The position numbers were made by a program, and so were the translations under genes. This document shows positions 17,937-27,448 of a stretch of 51,883 nt of DNA, piece after piece. The stretch lies in NCBI GenBank assembly GCA_000435195.1, contig FR880304.1, forward strand, positions 29,610 to 81,492, given 5' to 3'. The notes beneath the pieces were generated by a model that saw nothing but the letters and a program-made list of their open reading frames with translations, made no database searches and had not been told where the DNA came from. This DNA is from Clostridium sp. CAG:169 (lineage in GTDB: Bacteria; Bacillota; Clostridia; Oscillospirales; Ruminococcaceae). Numbering within the stretch: position 1 is the first letter of the stretch; every line of letters starts with the position of its first letter.

Positions 17937-18006
17937 CTGGTATCAGTACGAGAGAAAGAGCCTTCTGGCTCAGTCTCCCGGAATATTCATATTCAGGGTT
18001 TAATGC

Positions 18007-18255
18007 TTAGTTGTGGTTCTCCAGCAGGATGCAAAGCGCCATCTCTGCTTCCTTACAGGTGGGATGAATGTCCCAGCCTCTGTCGTAGTTGCAAACGGTC
18101 TCGCCGTCAATCTTGATCATGAGCTTGCTGATCCTGCCGCCATTGATGCCGTAAGTTTCGCTTGGCTCATCGTAGTGCTTTACCCAGTAGTGGTACTTGG
18201 TATATTTTTCCTTGTCCTTGGCATCCGGGATGCCGATCACTCCTTCGCTCCACAT
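18007..18255 (-). CDS. Conserved small phage hypothetical protein
   Basis: RBS-preceded ORF; YWVKHY..PS..GINGGRISKL...NYDRGWD. Confidence 0.75.
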   Translation of the reverse strand: MWSEGVIGIPDAKDKEKYTKYHYWVKHYDEPSETYGINGGRISKLMIKIDGETVCNYDRGWDIHPTCKEAEMALCILLENHN

Positions 18256-18260
18256 TTTCC

Positions 18261-18626
18261 TTACGCCTCCTTTACCGTCATCTTGAAGGCCGGGATGAGG
18301 GCGTGCTCGTCGCTTCCGAAGTGGGTGTAGCGCTCCTTGACCTTTACAATTCCGTCCAGCGTGCAGCCGAGCTCCTCAAACTTTGCAATGGTCTCGATGA
18401 GGCTTGAGAAGGTGGAGCTGATGGTGAATTCCTTTACTCCGAGCTTCCGGCAATCTTCGAGGATCGCTTCGATGTCGTAATCCCAGATGACTTCGGCGAA
18501 GTTCGGCAGGTCGTTTCCGGCTTCCTTGCTGTAAAGGTAGGCCTGTCCCAGCGTCCAATGGCATCCGATCTCTTCCCAGCGCATTCCGGGTTTCGCGTTT
18601 TCTATGGCTTCGATTGTGTACTTCAT
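18261..18626 (-). CDS. Conserved phage hypothetical protein
   Basis: AAGGAGG RBS; downstream of repeated promoter-like motif. Confidence 0.75.
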   Translation of the reverse strand: MKYTIEAIENAKPGMRWEEIGCHWTLGQAYLYSKEAGNDLPNFAEVIWDYDIEAILEDCRKLGVKEFTISSTFSSLIETIAKFEELGCTLDGIVKVKERYTHFGSDEHALIPAFKMTVKEA

Positions 18627-18640
18627 GGTGGTTCCTCCTT

Positions 18641-18756
18641 GTGGTTGTTTTCCCTTTTGGTATGTACATATATCACTCTGAACGCCTGTAATAGCAAGCT
18701 ATTTATCGAAATATATGTGACAATCCTGCAGGTAGTTTTGAGGCCTAAATTGTGTA
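18641..18756 (-). promoter_or_regulatory. Repeated promoter/operator element, copy A
   Basis: Core 18659-18687 matches 19865-19893 at 25/29; shared CAAGC and AAATTGTGTA at equivalent spacing. Confidence 0.65.
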
Positions 18757-18758
18757 GT

Positions 18759-18935
18759 TTATGCCTCGCCGGTCAGAATGAAATTCACGTATTCTTTCCG
18801 GTGATCCTCAAGGTATAAAACCAGCTCGTAGAAGTCTCTCTCATAGGCCAGACGCTGTACCGTGTTCACATCGAACATATTGGTAAGACCAGTGTCCCGG
18901 ATAGCAAGGATCTGCTCCTTTACCTTTTTATCCAT
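18759..18935 (-). CDS. DUF5049-like small protein
   Basis: MDKKVKEQILAIRDTGLTNMFD...YVNFILTG. Confidence 0.75.
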   Translation of the reverse strand: MDKKVKEQILAIRDTGLTNMFDVNTVQRLAYERDFYELVLYLEDHRKEYVNFILTGEA

Positions 18936-18936
18936 A

Positions 18937-19161
18937 TCAGTCCACCACCTTCCGCACACGGTCGATGCCGTAGATGACATTCAGGCCGGAGCCGTTGTCC
19001 CAGTTCACCATGAGGCTGCCGGTATCGTCGACTCCTGTAACGGTTCCCTTGGTGCCGATAGGCGGAGCCTGCACATCGTCCATCTGGAGAAGCTCCACGC
19101 GGGTGCCTGCCGGGTAGCGGGAGCGGAGCGCTTCAAGCTGCTCTTTCGTGATCATTCGCAT
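18937..19161 (-). CDS. DUF4314-like protein
   Basis: YPAGTRVELLQMDD..APPIGTKGTV..VDD.G...V.WDNGSGL. Confidence 0.82.
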   Translation of the reverse strand: MRMITKEQLEALRSRYPAGTRVELLQMDDVQAPPIGTKGTVTGVDDTGSLMVNWDNGSGLNVIYGIDRVRKVVD

Positions 19162-19820
19162 GCTGCCACCTCCTTTTCCGGTGCGCCGTTCTTCCAGCTG
19201 GAGTTGCCAGAGAGATTCTTAAGGAGAATCTTGCGCTCTGCTTTATACTCGTTTCCGATGAAGCCAAGTCGCAGGAGGAAGCAGCGGAATGCGTACTTCT
19301 CGTTGTCAACTTCCTTCTCGGTGGCGCTGATGCGCTTCAAATCCCGGCTCATCTTGCCAAGGGATGCAATGAAGTGGGTGTAGGCCTTGACCTCGTCCGG
19401 CTCCGGCATCTCAGTAAACCAAGGGAAGCTGACTGTATCCTCTGTGACCTCGATGCCAAGGTCGTCAATGCCGAGTGCCTTTTTGATGAGGCTTTCCTTG
19501 GCTGTGAGGAGGTTGGTGAGGTTTCCGACCGCCACCTTGTCGAGCGGGAGGCTGACTGTAAGGCCGGTGGCTTCATCGTCGCTTTCGACCTCTTCGGTAT
19601 CCTCCGGTGTGAAGCCATCCGCGATCAGGCTGTGGATGATGCGCTCCAGCTTGTCTGCGTCCTCGCAGGTTACGCTGCCTTCCTTGTCGACCGTGATGTC
19701 GCCGATCTCGTAAGCGCAGGTTGGCATACGCATGTAGATCGCCTTGTCGCCGGTGAGGTTTTCGATGGCTGCGACCAATGCTTTTCTGTCGTTTCCGGTT
19801 ACGTTGTAATTTGCTTTCAT
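19152..19820 (-). CDS. Conserved phage protein (often annotated virulence-related protein)
   Basis: RKALV.AI...Y..MPTCAY...NEKYAFRCFLLRLGFIG.EYK..RKILL.NLSGNSSW. Confidence 0.78.
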   Translation of the reverse strand: MKANYNVTGNDRKALVAAIENLTGDKAIYMRMPTCAYEIGDITVDKEGSVTCEDADKLERIIHSLIADGFTPEDTEEVESDDEATGLTVSLPLDKVAVGNLTNLLTAKESLIKKALGIDDLGIEVTEDTVSFPWFTEMPEPDEVKAYTHFIASLGKMSRDLKRISATEKEVDNEKYAFRCFLLRLGFIGNEYKAERKILLKNLSGNSSWKNGAPEKEVAACE

Positions 19821-19843
19821 GAGTGTGTTCCTCCTTTGAAAAT

Positions 19844-19963
19844 GTGGTTGTTGCTGTGCCTTTCGGCATGTATATACATCACTCTGAAAGCCTTATTTAT
19901 CAAGCGATTTTCGACATTTTCTGAGGTAGAAAATCGCCGAAGAATCCGGGCAGAAATTGTGTA
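19844..19963 (-). promoter_or_regulatory. Repeated promoter/operator element, copy B
   Basis: Same motif as 18641-18756, upstream of the AAAGGAGG RBS of 19152-19820. Confidence 0.65.
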
Positions 19964-21229
19964 TTATACACCCGCCGTCGGAGAGGTCTCGACTTCCTTT
20001 GCCAGAGCGGAATAGAAGAGCTTTTCGCCGTTCCTTATTACATACACATTTTCCCCATCGCCGGTATCCTCCACGTAACGGCGAAGGATGACAGAGGCGT
20101 ATTTCGGATCGAGTTCCATCATGTAGCAGATGCGGTTTAACTGCTCACAGGCCATCAGTGTGGAACCGGAGCCGCCGAAGGTATCAATAACTACAGAATT
20201 TTCCTGAGAGGAGTTCTGGATGGGATAGCCCAGAAGATCAAGCGGCTTGCTGGTCGGGTGATCCTTATTGCGCTTTGGCTTATCGTAGTTCCAGATGGTG
20301 GTCTGCTTGCGGTCGGAATACCACGGGTGCTTGCCGTTTTGCAAAAAGCCGTAGAGCACAGGCTCATGTTGCCATTGATAATCGGAGCGACCGAGCACGA
20401 GGCTGTTCTTTACCCAGATACACACACCGGCGAGGTGGAAGCCTGCGTCAATGAATGCCTTTCGGGATGTGAGTCCTTCGGTATCCGCATGGAAGCAGTA
20501 AGCGGCTCCGCCTTTTTCGAGGTGGTCAGCCATGTTCTTAAAAGCTGCCAGCAGGAACTTGTAAAATTCCTCGCCCTTGAGAGAGTCGTTCTGGATCGTA
20601 AGGCCGTCCGAGGCTTTAAAGGATACGCCGTAGGGCGGATCAGTCAGGACGAGGTTTGCTTTCTTGCCGCCCATGAGTTTTTCCACATCTTCCGGCGAGG
20701 TGGCGTCGCCACACATAACACGATGCCTACCGACCGTCCATATGTCGCCGTGCTCCACGAAGGAGGTCTTCTCAAGGGCAGCAGTGAGGTCAAAGTCATC
20801 ATCGGCAATGTCCTTCTCATTCCCGGTGCCGAGCAGCTTATCCAGTTCACCGGCATCAAAGCCGAGGAGAGATAGGTCAAAGGACTGATCCTGCAGGTCA
20901 GATAATTCGACCGACAGCATTTCCTCATCCCAGCCTGCGTTAAGCGCCAGCTGATTGTCCGCAAGGATATATGCACGCTTTTGTGCTTCCGTCAGGTTCT
21001 CGGCAAAAACGCAGGGCACGGTTTCATATCCTTCCTCGCGGGCAGCCGTAATGCGACCGTGGCCGACGAGGATGTTATAATCTGCGTCAATGACCGCCGG
21101 ACTCACAAAGCCGAACTCCCTGAGAGAAGCCCGGAGCTGTGCGATCTGCTCCTTGCTATGTGTCCGGGCATTCCGGGCATAAGGCACCAGTTTATCAATA
21201 GGTACCTGTTCCAATTTCTGTGTGTTCAT
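19964..21229 (-). CDS. ParB-like domain fused to N6A/N4C DNA methyltransferase
   Basis: PYARNARTH...GHGR (ParB-like), TDPPY motif IV, HPTSKP, DTFGGSGST motif I. Confidence 0.92.
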   Translation of the reverse strand: MNTQKLEQVPIDKLVPYARNARTHSKEQIAQLRASLREFGFVSPAVIDADYNILVGHGRITAAREEGYETVPCVFAENLTEAQKRAYILADNQLALNAGWDEEMLSVELSDLQDQSFDLSLLGFDAGELDKLLGTGNEKDIADDDFDLTAALEKTSFVEHGDIWTVGRHRVMCGDATSPEDVEKLMGGKKANLVLTDPPYGVSFKASDGLTIQNDSLKGEEFYKFLLAAFKNMADHLEKGGAAYCFHADTEGLTSRKAFIDAGFHLAGVCIWVKNSLVLGRSDYQWQHEPVLYGFLQNGKHPWYSDRKQTTIWNYDKPKRNKDHPTSKPLDLLGYPIQNSSQENSVVIDTFGGSGSTLMACEQLNRICYMMELDPKYASVILRRYVEDTGDGENVYVIRNGEKLFYSALAKEVETSPTAGV

Positions 21230-21811
21230 TTACATATTCCTCCTGCTTCGAAGCAGCTGCTCCATCACGCTGTCCTGCGGGCTGCCCTCAAAGGGCTCGG
21301 TGCAGTTTTGCTTCACAATGTCATAAATCTCGTACCAGAGCAGGTTGGCCTGCTTCTGAAAGTTCATTAAAAGTTGTGTGAATGGGCTCGCAATGGCAGC
21401 GCCGGTGGTCGGGTGCTTTCCGAGCATGCCGTATTTGCTGACCGCTTCGGAGCACTGAATGTACCGGGCAAAGGCCTCAGAGTAGCTTTCGAGCAGGCGC
21501 TTGTTTACCAGCCTCTCGCAGCCACGTTCCTTGAGCCACAGCCATGTTTCCTTATAGATTTCATCTGCGCCGAGGGGCTTGCCGTCCTTCTGCAGAGCAG
21601 AGAGGTAATCGTCCGGACTTGGCATATCCATGCCTTCCAGCTCTACGCCGTCACCGATGTCGTCAACATCGAAGTCGGTCATGTCTTCTGTGAAGTCCGG
21701 CAGCTCCATACGCTTTGCAGGTGCGCCTTTCATAATTTTGTCGGCGAGGGCGTCCGGCTTGGAGCCAGCTTTGACACGCCGCCCGCCGCGATAGGTTCCG
21801 TCTTTCGCCAT
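21230..21811 (-). CDS. Terminase small subunit (P27 family)
   Basis: MAKDGTYRGGRRVKAGSKP...KHPTTGAAIASPF; after HNH/cos region; start at ATG 21811. Confidence 0.85.
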   Translation of the reverse strand: MAKDGTYRGGRRVKAGSKPDALADKIMKGAPAKRMELPDFTEDMTDFDVDDIGDGVELEGMDMPSPDDYLSALQKDGKPLGADEIYKETWLWLKERGCERLVNKRLLESYSEAFARYIQCSEAVSKYGMLGKHPTTGAAIASPFTQLLMNFQKQANLLWYEIYDIVKQNCTEPFEGSPQDSVMEQLLRSRRNM

Positions 21812-21839
21812 GTCGATCACTTCCATTTCTGTGGTGCAG

Positions 21840-21927
21840 GGTTTAATACCCTGTTTGAATTGCAATTTTTGCGTAAAAGACCCCGCGCCGTTTTCCGGGG
21901 AAAAGGGTCGTAGAGATTTTGACCGCC
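21840..21927. other. Probable cos packaging region
   Basis: GC-rich noncoding stretch (GGGCGGTCAAAATCTCT...CGGCGCGGGG on minus) between HNH and terS, the usual cos position. Confidence 0.5.
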
Positions 21928-22275
21928 CTACCGGTCGCCGCGCTCGTGGTGAATCTTCTCGTGACACGAACGGCAAAGACTCATAAGGTTGGACTCGTCA
22001 TTCGAGCCTCCCTCAGCAAGCGGCACGATGTGGTGGACTTCCTCAACCGCGACGTAGCGTCCTTCCTTTAAGCACTGCTCACAAAGCGGGTGCTTATGAA
22101 CGTAGCGGTCACGGATTCGTTTCCATGCTCTGCCGTAGCGTTTGCCGGGAGAGTAGCCGCGCTGGAACTTCTCGTAGTGCTGTTCCATGACCTTGGCGTG
22201 CTCCTCACAATAAACACCGTCCGTTAGGTGTGGGCAGCCGGGATAGCGGCACGGTCGTTGTGGTTTTCTTGGCAT
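21928..22275 (-). CDS. Packaging-associated HNH endonuclease
   Basis: CxxPGC, HPLCEQC, EVHHIVPL..GG....NLMSLCRSCH. Confidence 0.93.
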   Translation of the reverse strand: MPRKPQRPCRYPGCPHLTDGVYCEEHAKVMEQHYEKFQRGYSPGKRYGRAWKRIRDRYVHKHPLCEQCLKEGRYVAVEEVHHIVPLAEGGSNDESNLMSLCRSCHEKIHHERGDR

Positions 22276-22298
22276 AAGCCGTGCCTCCTTTCAGGGCA

Positions 22299-22333
22299 TA
22301 AAGAAAGCCCTGCAGGATGTTCCCGCAAGGCTT
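22299..22333 (-). terminator. Terminator-like hairpin in the late leader
   Basis: Minus strand AAGCCTTGCGGGA-ACA-TCCTGCAGGGCTT then TCTTT. Confidence 0.55.
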
Positions 22334-22373
22334 GTGTGCTGCGCGTGCAGCTGTTTCTTTATTCTTTTCGCTG

Positions 22374-22424
22374 ATTATATACTATCATAAAGGGCGGGTG
22401 GACATCTTAGGACAAAGCAGGACA
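22374..22424 (-). promoter_or_regulatory. Late promoter with activator repeats (RinA/ArpU type)
   Basis: TGTCC repeated at 10-bp period (22400, 22410, 22420) upstream of TATAAT (22374-22379), just after the activator gene. Confidence 0.65.
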
Positions 22425-22437
22425 TTTCGGGCGCATT

Positions 22438-22866
22438 TCAAATGATAATCGGATCATCCGGAAGCGTCACATGAAGGAGCGCCTTACCGTGCCAGCGACG
22501 AATGGTGCGGGCATCTGCACAGAGCTCCATCCCGATCTGCTCCCATGTATAGTTATGGATGTAGCGGTACTTGAGTACCATGCGCTCATCGGTATCAGGG
22601 ACTGCCTCAATGACCTCCCGTATCTGTTTCTTAAGGTCTGATAGCATTTCCAGCTCACCGGCGATTTTCTTTTCCAGTGTCCACAGCTTCTCAAGCGTCC
22701 GGACAAATGGTGCTTCGGTATTACGCGATGTCTGCACGCGGCCTTTATCATATTGGATAGCCGACACGCTGCCTGCCATCTCACGCAGGTTTTGTGCTTC
22801 CATCGTGTCGGACTTGATTCTCTGATCAAGGCGGTAGGCCTGATGGAGATATTCTTTTACTGTCAT
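22438..22866 (-). CDS. Late transcriptional activator (DUF1492 / RinA-ArpU-like)
   Basis: KEYLHQAYRLDQRI...ERMVLKYRYI..YTWEQI...TIRRWHGKAL sigma-4-like HTH. Confidence 0.85.
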   Translation of the reverse strand: MTVKEYLHQAYRLDQRIKSDTMEAQNLREMAGSVSAIQYDKGRVQTSRNTEAPFVRTLEKLWTLEKKIAGELEMLSDLKKQIREVIEAVPDTDERMVLKYRYIHNYTWEQIGMELCADARTIRRWHGKALLHVTLPDDPIII

Positions 22867-23090
22867 AAGGACTTCGCCTCCTCTCGTAGTTTTTGTATGA
22901 GATACTCGCCGTCCACACTCGTTAAGGCCTTGTACCAGCCGGAGCGGAAGAACCGTTCACACTCCATTGCATCCGACATAGCAGCTTGATTACCGGGCTT
23001 CTTTTTCAGGCGCTTCAGGGCATCCCGGTAATCCTTCACTGCCTGCAGCACGATGGCATTGGCGAGATTTTCATAAGGATCGGTCATCAC
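22863..23090 (-). CDS. Conserved phage hypothetical protein
   Basis: YENLANAIVLQAVKDYR...ERFFRSGW...VDGEYL; overlaps both neighbours. Confidence 0.78.
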   Translation of the reverse strand: MMTDPYENLANAIVLQAVKDYRDALKRLKKKPGNQAAMSDAMECERFFRSGWYKALTSVDGEYLIQKLREEAKSL

Positions 23091-24439
23091 ACCACCTCAA
23101 GATCAGCCTTGACCGCGTCAATCAGTGCGGTCTGCGTCATTTCTTTCTTGGATAGCGCCTTTACGATCCTTTCGTCGATGGTGCCCTTGGTAATAATGTG
23201 CTGGATCACCACAGTGCCGGATTCTTGACCTTGCCGCCAGAGACGGGCGTTGGTCTGCTGATATAATTCCAGAGACCATGTAAGGCCGAACCACACAAGG
23301 GTGGAGCCTCCGGCCTGAAGGTTCAAACCGTGACCGGCAGAGGCCGGATGGATGACTGCTACAGGAATCTTTCCCGCATTCCAGTCAGCAATATCGCGGC
23401 TGGTCTTGATCTCCCGAACATTGAAGCGGTTCTTGATGCGGCTTAGGTCATGTCGGAACCAGTAGGCCACAAGAAGCGGTTTTTCATTGGCGGCCTCGAT
23501 AATATCCTCCAAAGCGTCCAGCTTCCTATCGTGGAGCTCGATGACCTCACCGGTATCGGCATAAATGGCACCATTTGCGAGCTGTGAGAGCTTGCCCGTA
23601 AGCGATGCGGCATTGGCAGCAGTCACTTCACCATCGGGGAGCTGCAATATGAGCTCCTGTTTCAAATCTTCATAACGGCTGCGCTCAGAGTCAGAAAGCT
23701 GCACTTCGTATTCCGTTGAAACCAGCTCCGGCATCTTCAGATGGTCGGTAGATTTCATGGAAATCGTGATATCCGAGATCCTCCGATAGATGGCATCCTC
23801 CGCATAGGACAACGGCTTATAGGAGTAGATGATCTCGCCGTTTCTCTTGTCCGGCATGAAGTAATTTGTCCGGTACTGCGTGATAAAGCGTCCGAGGCGC
23901 TCGCCCATATCCAGCACTTTAAACTCCGCCCACAGATCCATGAGTCCGTTGGAGGAAGGAGTGCCGGTCAGGCCGATAATCCGGTGAATCCGTGGCCGTA
24001 CCTTCATCAGAGACTTGAAACGCTTGAATTTATGATTTTTGAAGGACGACAGCTCATCGATAATCACCATATCGAAGTCAAAGGGAGAGCCGGACTCATC
24101 AATGAGCCACTGCAGGTTCTCACGGTTGATGATCGTGATATCTGCTTGCTGTATGAGGGCGGCTTTTCGCTCCTTCGGTGTCCCGACTGCGACCGCATAG
24201 GTAAGACCGTCAAGGTGCTCCCATTTTTTTATTTCCGCTGGCCAAGTATCGCGGGCGACTCTTAAGGGAGCTACCACTAAAACGCGATGCACTTCGAAGC
24301 TGTCAAATAACAGGTCATTTACTGCCGTCAGGCTGATGATCGTCTTGCCAAGTCCCATATCTAAAAGGACTGCAGCCACGGGATGCTTTTCGATGTAGCG
24401 GATGGCATAGTCCTGATAATTATGTGGATTGAAGTTCAT
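23087..24439 (-). CDS. SNF2-family helicase
   Basis: DMGLGKT, IIDELS, LTGTP, HGLNLQ, QTNARLWRQGQ. Confidence 0.93.
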   Translation of the reverse strand: MNFNPHNYQDYAIRYIEKHPVAAVLLDMGLGKTIISLTAVNDLLFDSFEVHRVLVVAPLRVARDTWPAEIKKWEHLDGLTYAVAVGTPKERKAALIQQADITIINRENLQWLIDESGSPFDFDMVIIDELSSFKNHKFKRFKSLMKVRPRIHRIIGLTGTPSSNGLMDLWAEFKVLDMGERLGRFITQYRTNYFMPDKRNGEIIYSYKPLSYAEDAIYRRISDITISMKSTDHLKMPELVSTEYEVQLSDSERSRYEDLKQELILQLPDGEVTAANAASLTGKLSQLANGAIYADTGEVIELHDRKLDALEDIIEAANEKPLLVAYWFRHDLSRIKNRFNVREIKTSRDIADWNAGKIPVAVIHPASAGHGLNLQAGGSTLVWFGLTWSLELYQQTNARLWRQGQESGTVVIQHIITKGTIDERIVKALSKKEMTQTALIDAVKADLEVV

Positions 24440-24701
24440 TGATCATCCCTCCAATCTGCTCCGGATCGTCAATGACATATACCCGGTAGCCAAGTTCCCG
24501 CAGCAGCCTGTGGCGCGAGAGCTGGAGTGGGCGTGGCTTTTTGCCGGGTGCCTTCAGCTCCACGAAGCCGATATGGCCGTCAGGGAGTAAGATCAGGCGG
24601 TCGGGCATTCCTGCGAAAGAGGGACACACCAGCTTAAGTGCTATGCCGCCGTTCTTTTTCACCGCCATAGTTAACTTGTTTTCTATCTGTTTTTCTATCA
24701 T
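24420..24701 (-). CDS. VRR-NUC nuclease
   Basis: EKQIE...GMPDRL...FVELKAPG..PRPLQ. Confidence 0.92.
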   Translation of the reverse strand: MIEKQIENKLTMAVKKNGGIALKLVCPSFAGMPDRLILLPDGHIGFVELKAPGKKPRPLQLSRHRLLRELGYRVYVIDDPEQIGGMINELQST

Positions 24702-24737
24702 TGCAAACCTCCGTCAGGCGTTAATTTCAGGGGATGT

Positions 24738-24830
24738 ACAAGGTGTATCAATGGTATTTACCAAACTTTTTCTTAGAGCTATTTTTTTAGGCCTAAGAGA
24801 GTTTTTATATAAAACCTTGATACACCTTGT
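24738..24830. repeat. Perfect 14-bp inverted repeat enclosing an AT-rich core; candidate phage replication origin
   Basis: ACAAGGTGTATCAA (24738-24751) / TTGATACACCTTGT (24817-24830), immediately downstream of the primase. Confidence 0.65.
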
Positions 24831-24842
24831 CATAGTCCCAGA

Positions 24843-27115
24843 TTACTGCAGAAAATCTTCCTCTGCGCCGTTGTCATCATGAATCTTTAAGCCCTTAAAA
24901 TAGCGCTTCCGATTCAGTGTCAGCCGCTCGAATCCGGCTTTCTCCAGCGCAAAGTAAAAATCTGCCGTGCTGCGCACATACTCATTGCAGTCCAGTGAGT
25001 AGTTGCGGTATGCCTGATAAAGTGCCGAGGAGCTTTCCTTAAAGGACTCATCTACATCGCACTTCTCATCCAGAAAATGTCCGAACCAGTCGTTCTGGCT
25101 GCGATATTCATCGATGGCCTTTGTTACGCAGTCCGGAACCGGAATCTGGTAGTCCAGCGCGATGACCTTTTTAGCACCTTCGATGATCCATGCCAGAATG
25201 CTTTCACCGGCATTTTCATACAGGTACTCACCGTAATTTTTGATGTCGGCCTTGCCCTCGATCTTGGCGTTGAACGGGATCACGATAAGCCTGCGCCAGA
25301 TACCGTCATCGGAAGCGGAGACGCGAGGCAGGTGGTTCGTATACAGCACCAGCGTATGGCAGGGCTTGAAGGAAAACGGGTCTTTATACTTTTTCTCCGC
25401 AAACACATCGTCCGTAGAGCAGAGCTGCTTGACGGTGGAGTCGTTGAGCCTTGCGCCTTCCTGCATTTCCGCAGCGATCAGCAGGCGTTTACCTTTGACC
25501 TCAGCCATTTCTGGCTTGATGTTCCTGCGGCAGCCGACAGTCAAGGTGTCTGCGGATATATTTCCGCTGTAGAGTCCCAGTACGCGAGAGATGGCGTTCC
25601 AGAAGGTGGATTTGCCGTTGCGTCCATCGCCGTATGCGATGATGAGCGCCTCCACAAAAACTTTCCCGATAGCAGCAAGGCACAGATCATCTGTACATAG
25701 TCGATAAGCTGCTGATCCTTCTGAAAAATCAGATCCAGATTATCCTGCCAGAGCTGCGCTCCTTTACTGCCGGGTGACACGGACGTGATTTTCGTAATAA
25801 AGTCATCTGCAGAATGTTCGCGGGCACCGGCCATACCTTTGCGAAGGTCGTAGGTCGCTTCCGGTGTGCAGAGCAGGAAGCAGTCTGCGTCCAAGTCTCT
25901 CGGCGAGATTTCCAGCATCAGGTGTGTCTCTTTGAGGGTAGATGTAATGTTTTTGGAGTCGCGTCTACGGACGGCAAAGCTCTGGTAGGCCTTGGCGGCA
26001 AGGAACTCCTGATAGGCCTCCATCTGCTCGTCGCTCATCAGCTGTTCAGCTTTGGCCTTGGATGTGTTATCAAGGATTTCCTGCGCACCACAGTTTTTGA
26101 GCTTCTGCAGAGCCTCCATCATATTTCGATTGGCTTCTGCGAGCTGCCTGCGGGTAAGTTCATGAGCGACGGCCTGTGCGCCGGGCTCTGTTTCCTGCCA
26201 GTAGTGATCGCTGTATCGGATAAAGTGGGTGGCCGGTGAGTAGCGCAGCTCGTTTGCAAAATACTTTGAGAGCACCTCGGCCTGCCCGACGTCGGAAAAG
26301 TCCTCCGGCTTATAGCTGTTCTCGTCGTTATAGACTTCCGGAGGGACATATCCGTCCTCACGGCTGATCTTGGAATAAAAGCGCTGGGCGCTGTGCCAGA
26401 TTGTATTAAGCTCGCTGCTATCCAGAGGCGGTACGCAGGTTGCGGCCTTTTCCAGAAAACTTTGGTAGGCTTTTTCCGTATCGCCGTATTTCTTAATGAC
26501 GATACCGGCAAAGCGGGACATGGTAGCATTACGGCTTCCTTCCGGGATCACGATATCTTTCTCGTGGCCGCCGGGCAGGTCTGCATCGAACTCGTCGTCA
26601 TTAAAAAATTCCGTGAGGTTCATGCGACCGGGATAGAGCTCCACATTCGGCTCCTGTGTTCCGAAGAAGAAACGAGTAGCATCCAATGCCTTCGTATCGA
26701 AATACGGAAATATGGAATTGACCAGCTTCTTCATATCGCTATAGAGGGCAGCATCCGTTACTCGGTCGATTGGAAAGAGCACATGGAACTTTGGCCTTGC
26801 CGGTTTGCCGTTTTTCTCGCGTTGATTAAAGCGGCTGTAATGGATGGCGAGGCTCACTCCCGGAAATGCCTCCAGCACGTCTGCCGGTGTGATCCAGTCT
26901 TTCGGATCTTCTGAATGGTCATTATCACAGTCCACGGGAAGACAGTCAGCGGAGAGAAAGTTGTCACTGTTGCGGTAGTGGTTTTTGTACTCCGCGCACA
27001 CATAGTCGTGACCGACTGCGTCTCTCATGCTGTCCGTATTCATGACAACGGTTTTATGCGGATAGGAGCAGTTTCCGGGATTGCCGATAAAATCGGCGCT
27101 AAACAGGGTAAACAT
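24843..27115 (-). pseudogene. P4-family primase-helicase (PriCT + D5 SF3) split by a 1-nt frameshift near 25680
   Basis: N-part (DCDNDH, EGSRN) in 25541-27115; Walker A GDGRNGKST in 24843-25655; adding one G (TGT GGC CTT GCT GCT ATC GGG AAA) restores YVQMICGLAAIGKVFVEAL. Confidence 0.85.
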
Positions 27116-27444
27116 CAGTCGTACACCTCCTCCGATTCTTCTTCCAGCACCTTCGTGATAAATTTCAGGGCGCGGATCATAGTTTCCAGTTCGCAGTCAC
27201 CGCCGAGGGTAACTTCAAAACCGTTGCAGCCGAATCTGTCCATGAAAGGTGTGACATGGATATCTGTGCTGGCTTCATCGGAAATGCGGAAATAGGTGCG
27301 TCCGCCGTGGCCGGTGTCGCCACCTTTGTAACCGGTTGTTCCGGCTTCGACCTGCAGGATATTGGCACTTACCACATCGCGGGTGTAGGTAGTGATCTCA
27401 GTGCCATCAAAAAGCTCTCTGCGACTTTCTTTAATTTCATACAT
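27115..27444 (-). CDS. Conserved phage hypothetical protein
   Basis: EAGTTGYKGGDTGHGGRTYF; coupled to the primase start. Confidence 0.72.
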   Translation of the reverse strand: MYEIKESRRELFDGTEITTYTRDVVSANILQVEAGTTGYKGGDTGHGGRTYFRISDEASTDIHVTPFMDRFGCNGFEVTLGGDCELETMIRALKFITKVLEEESEEVYD

Positions 27445-27448
27445 AGCG

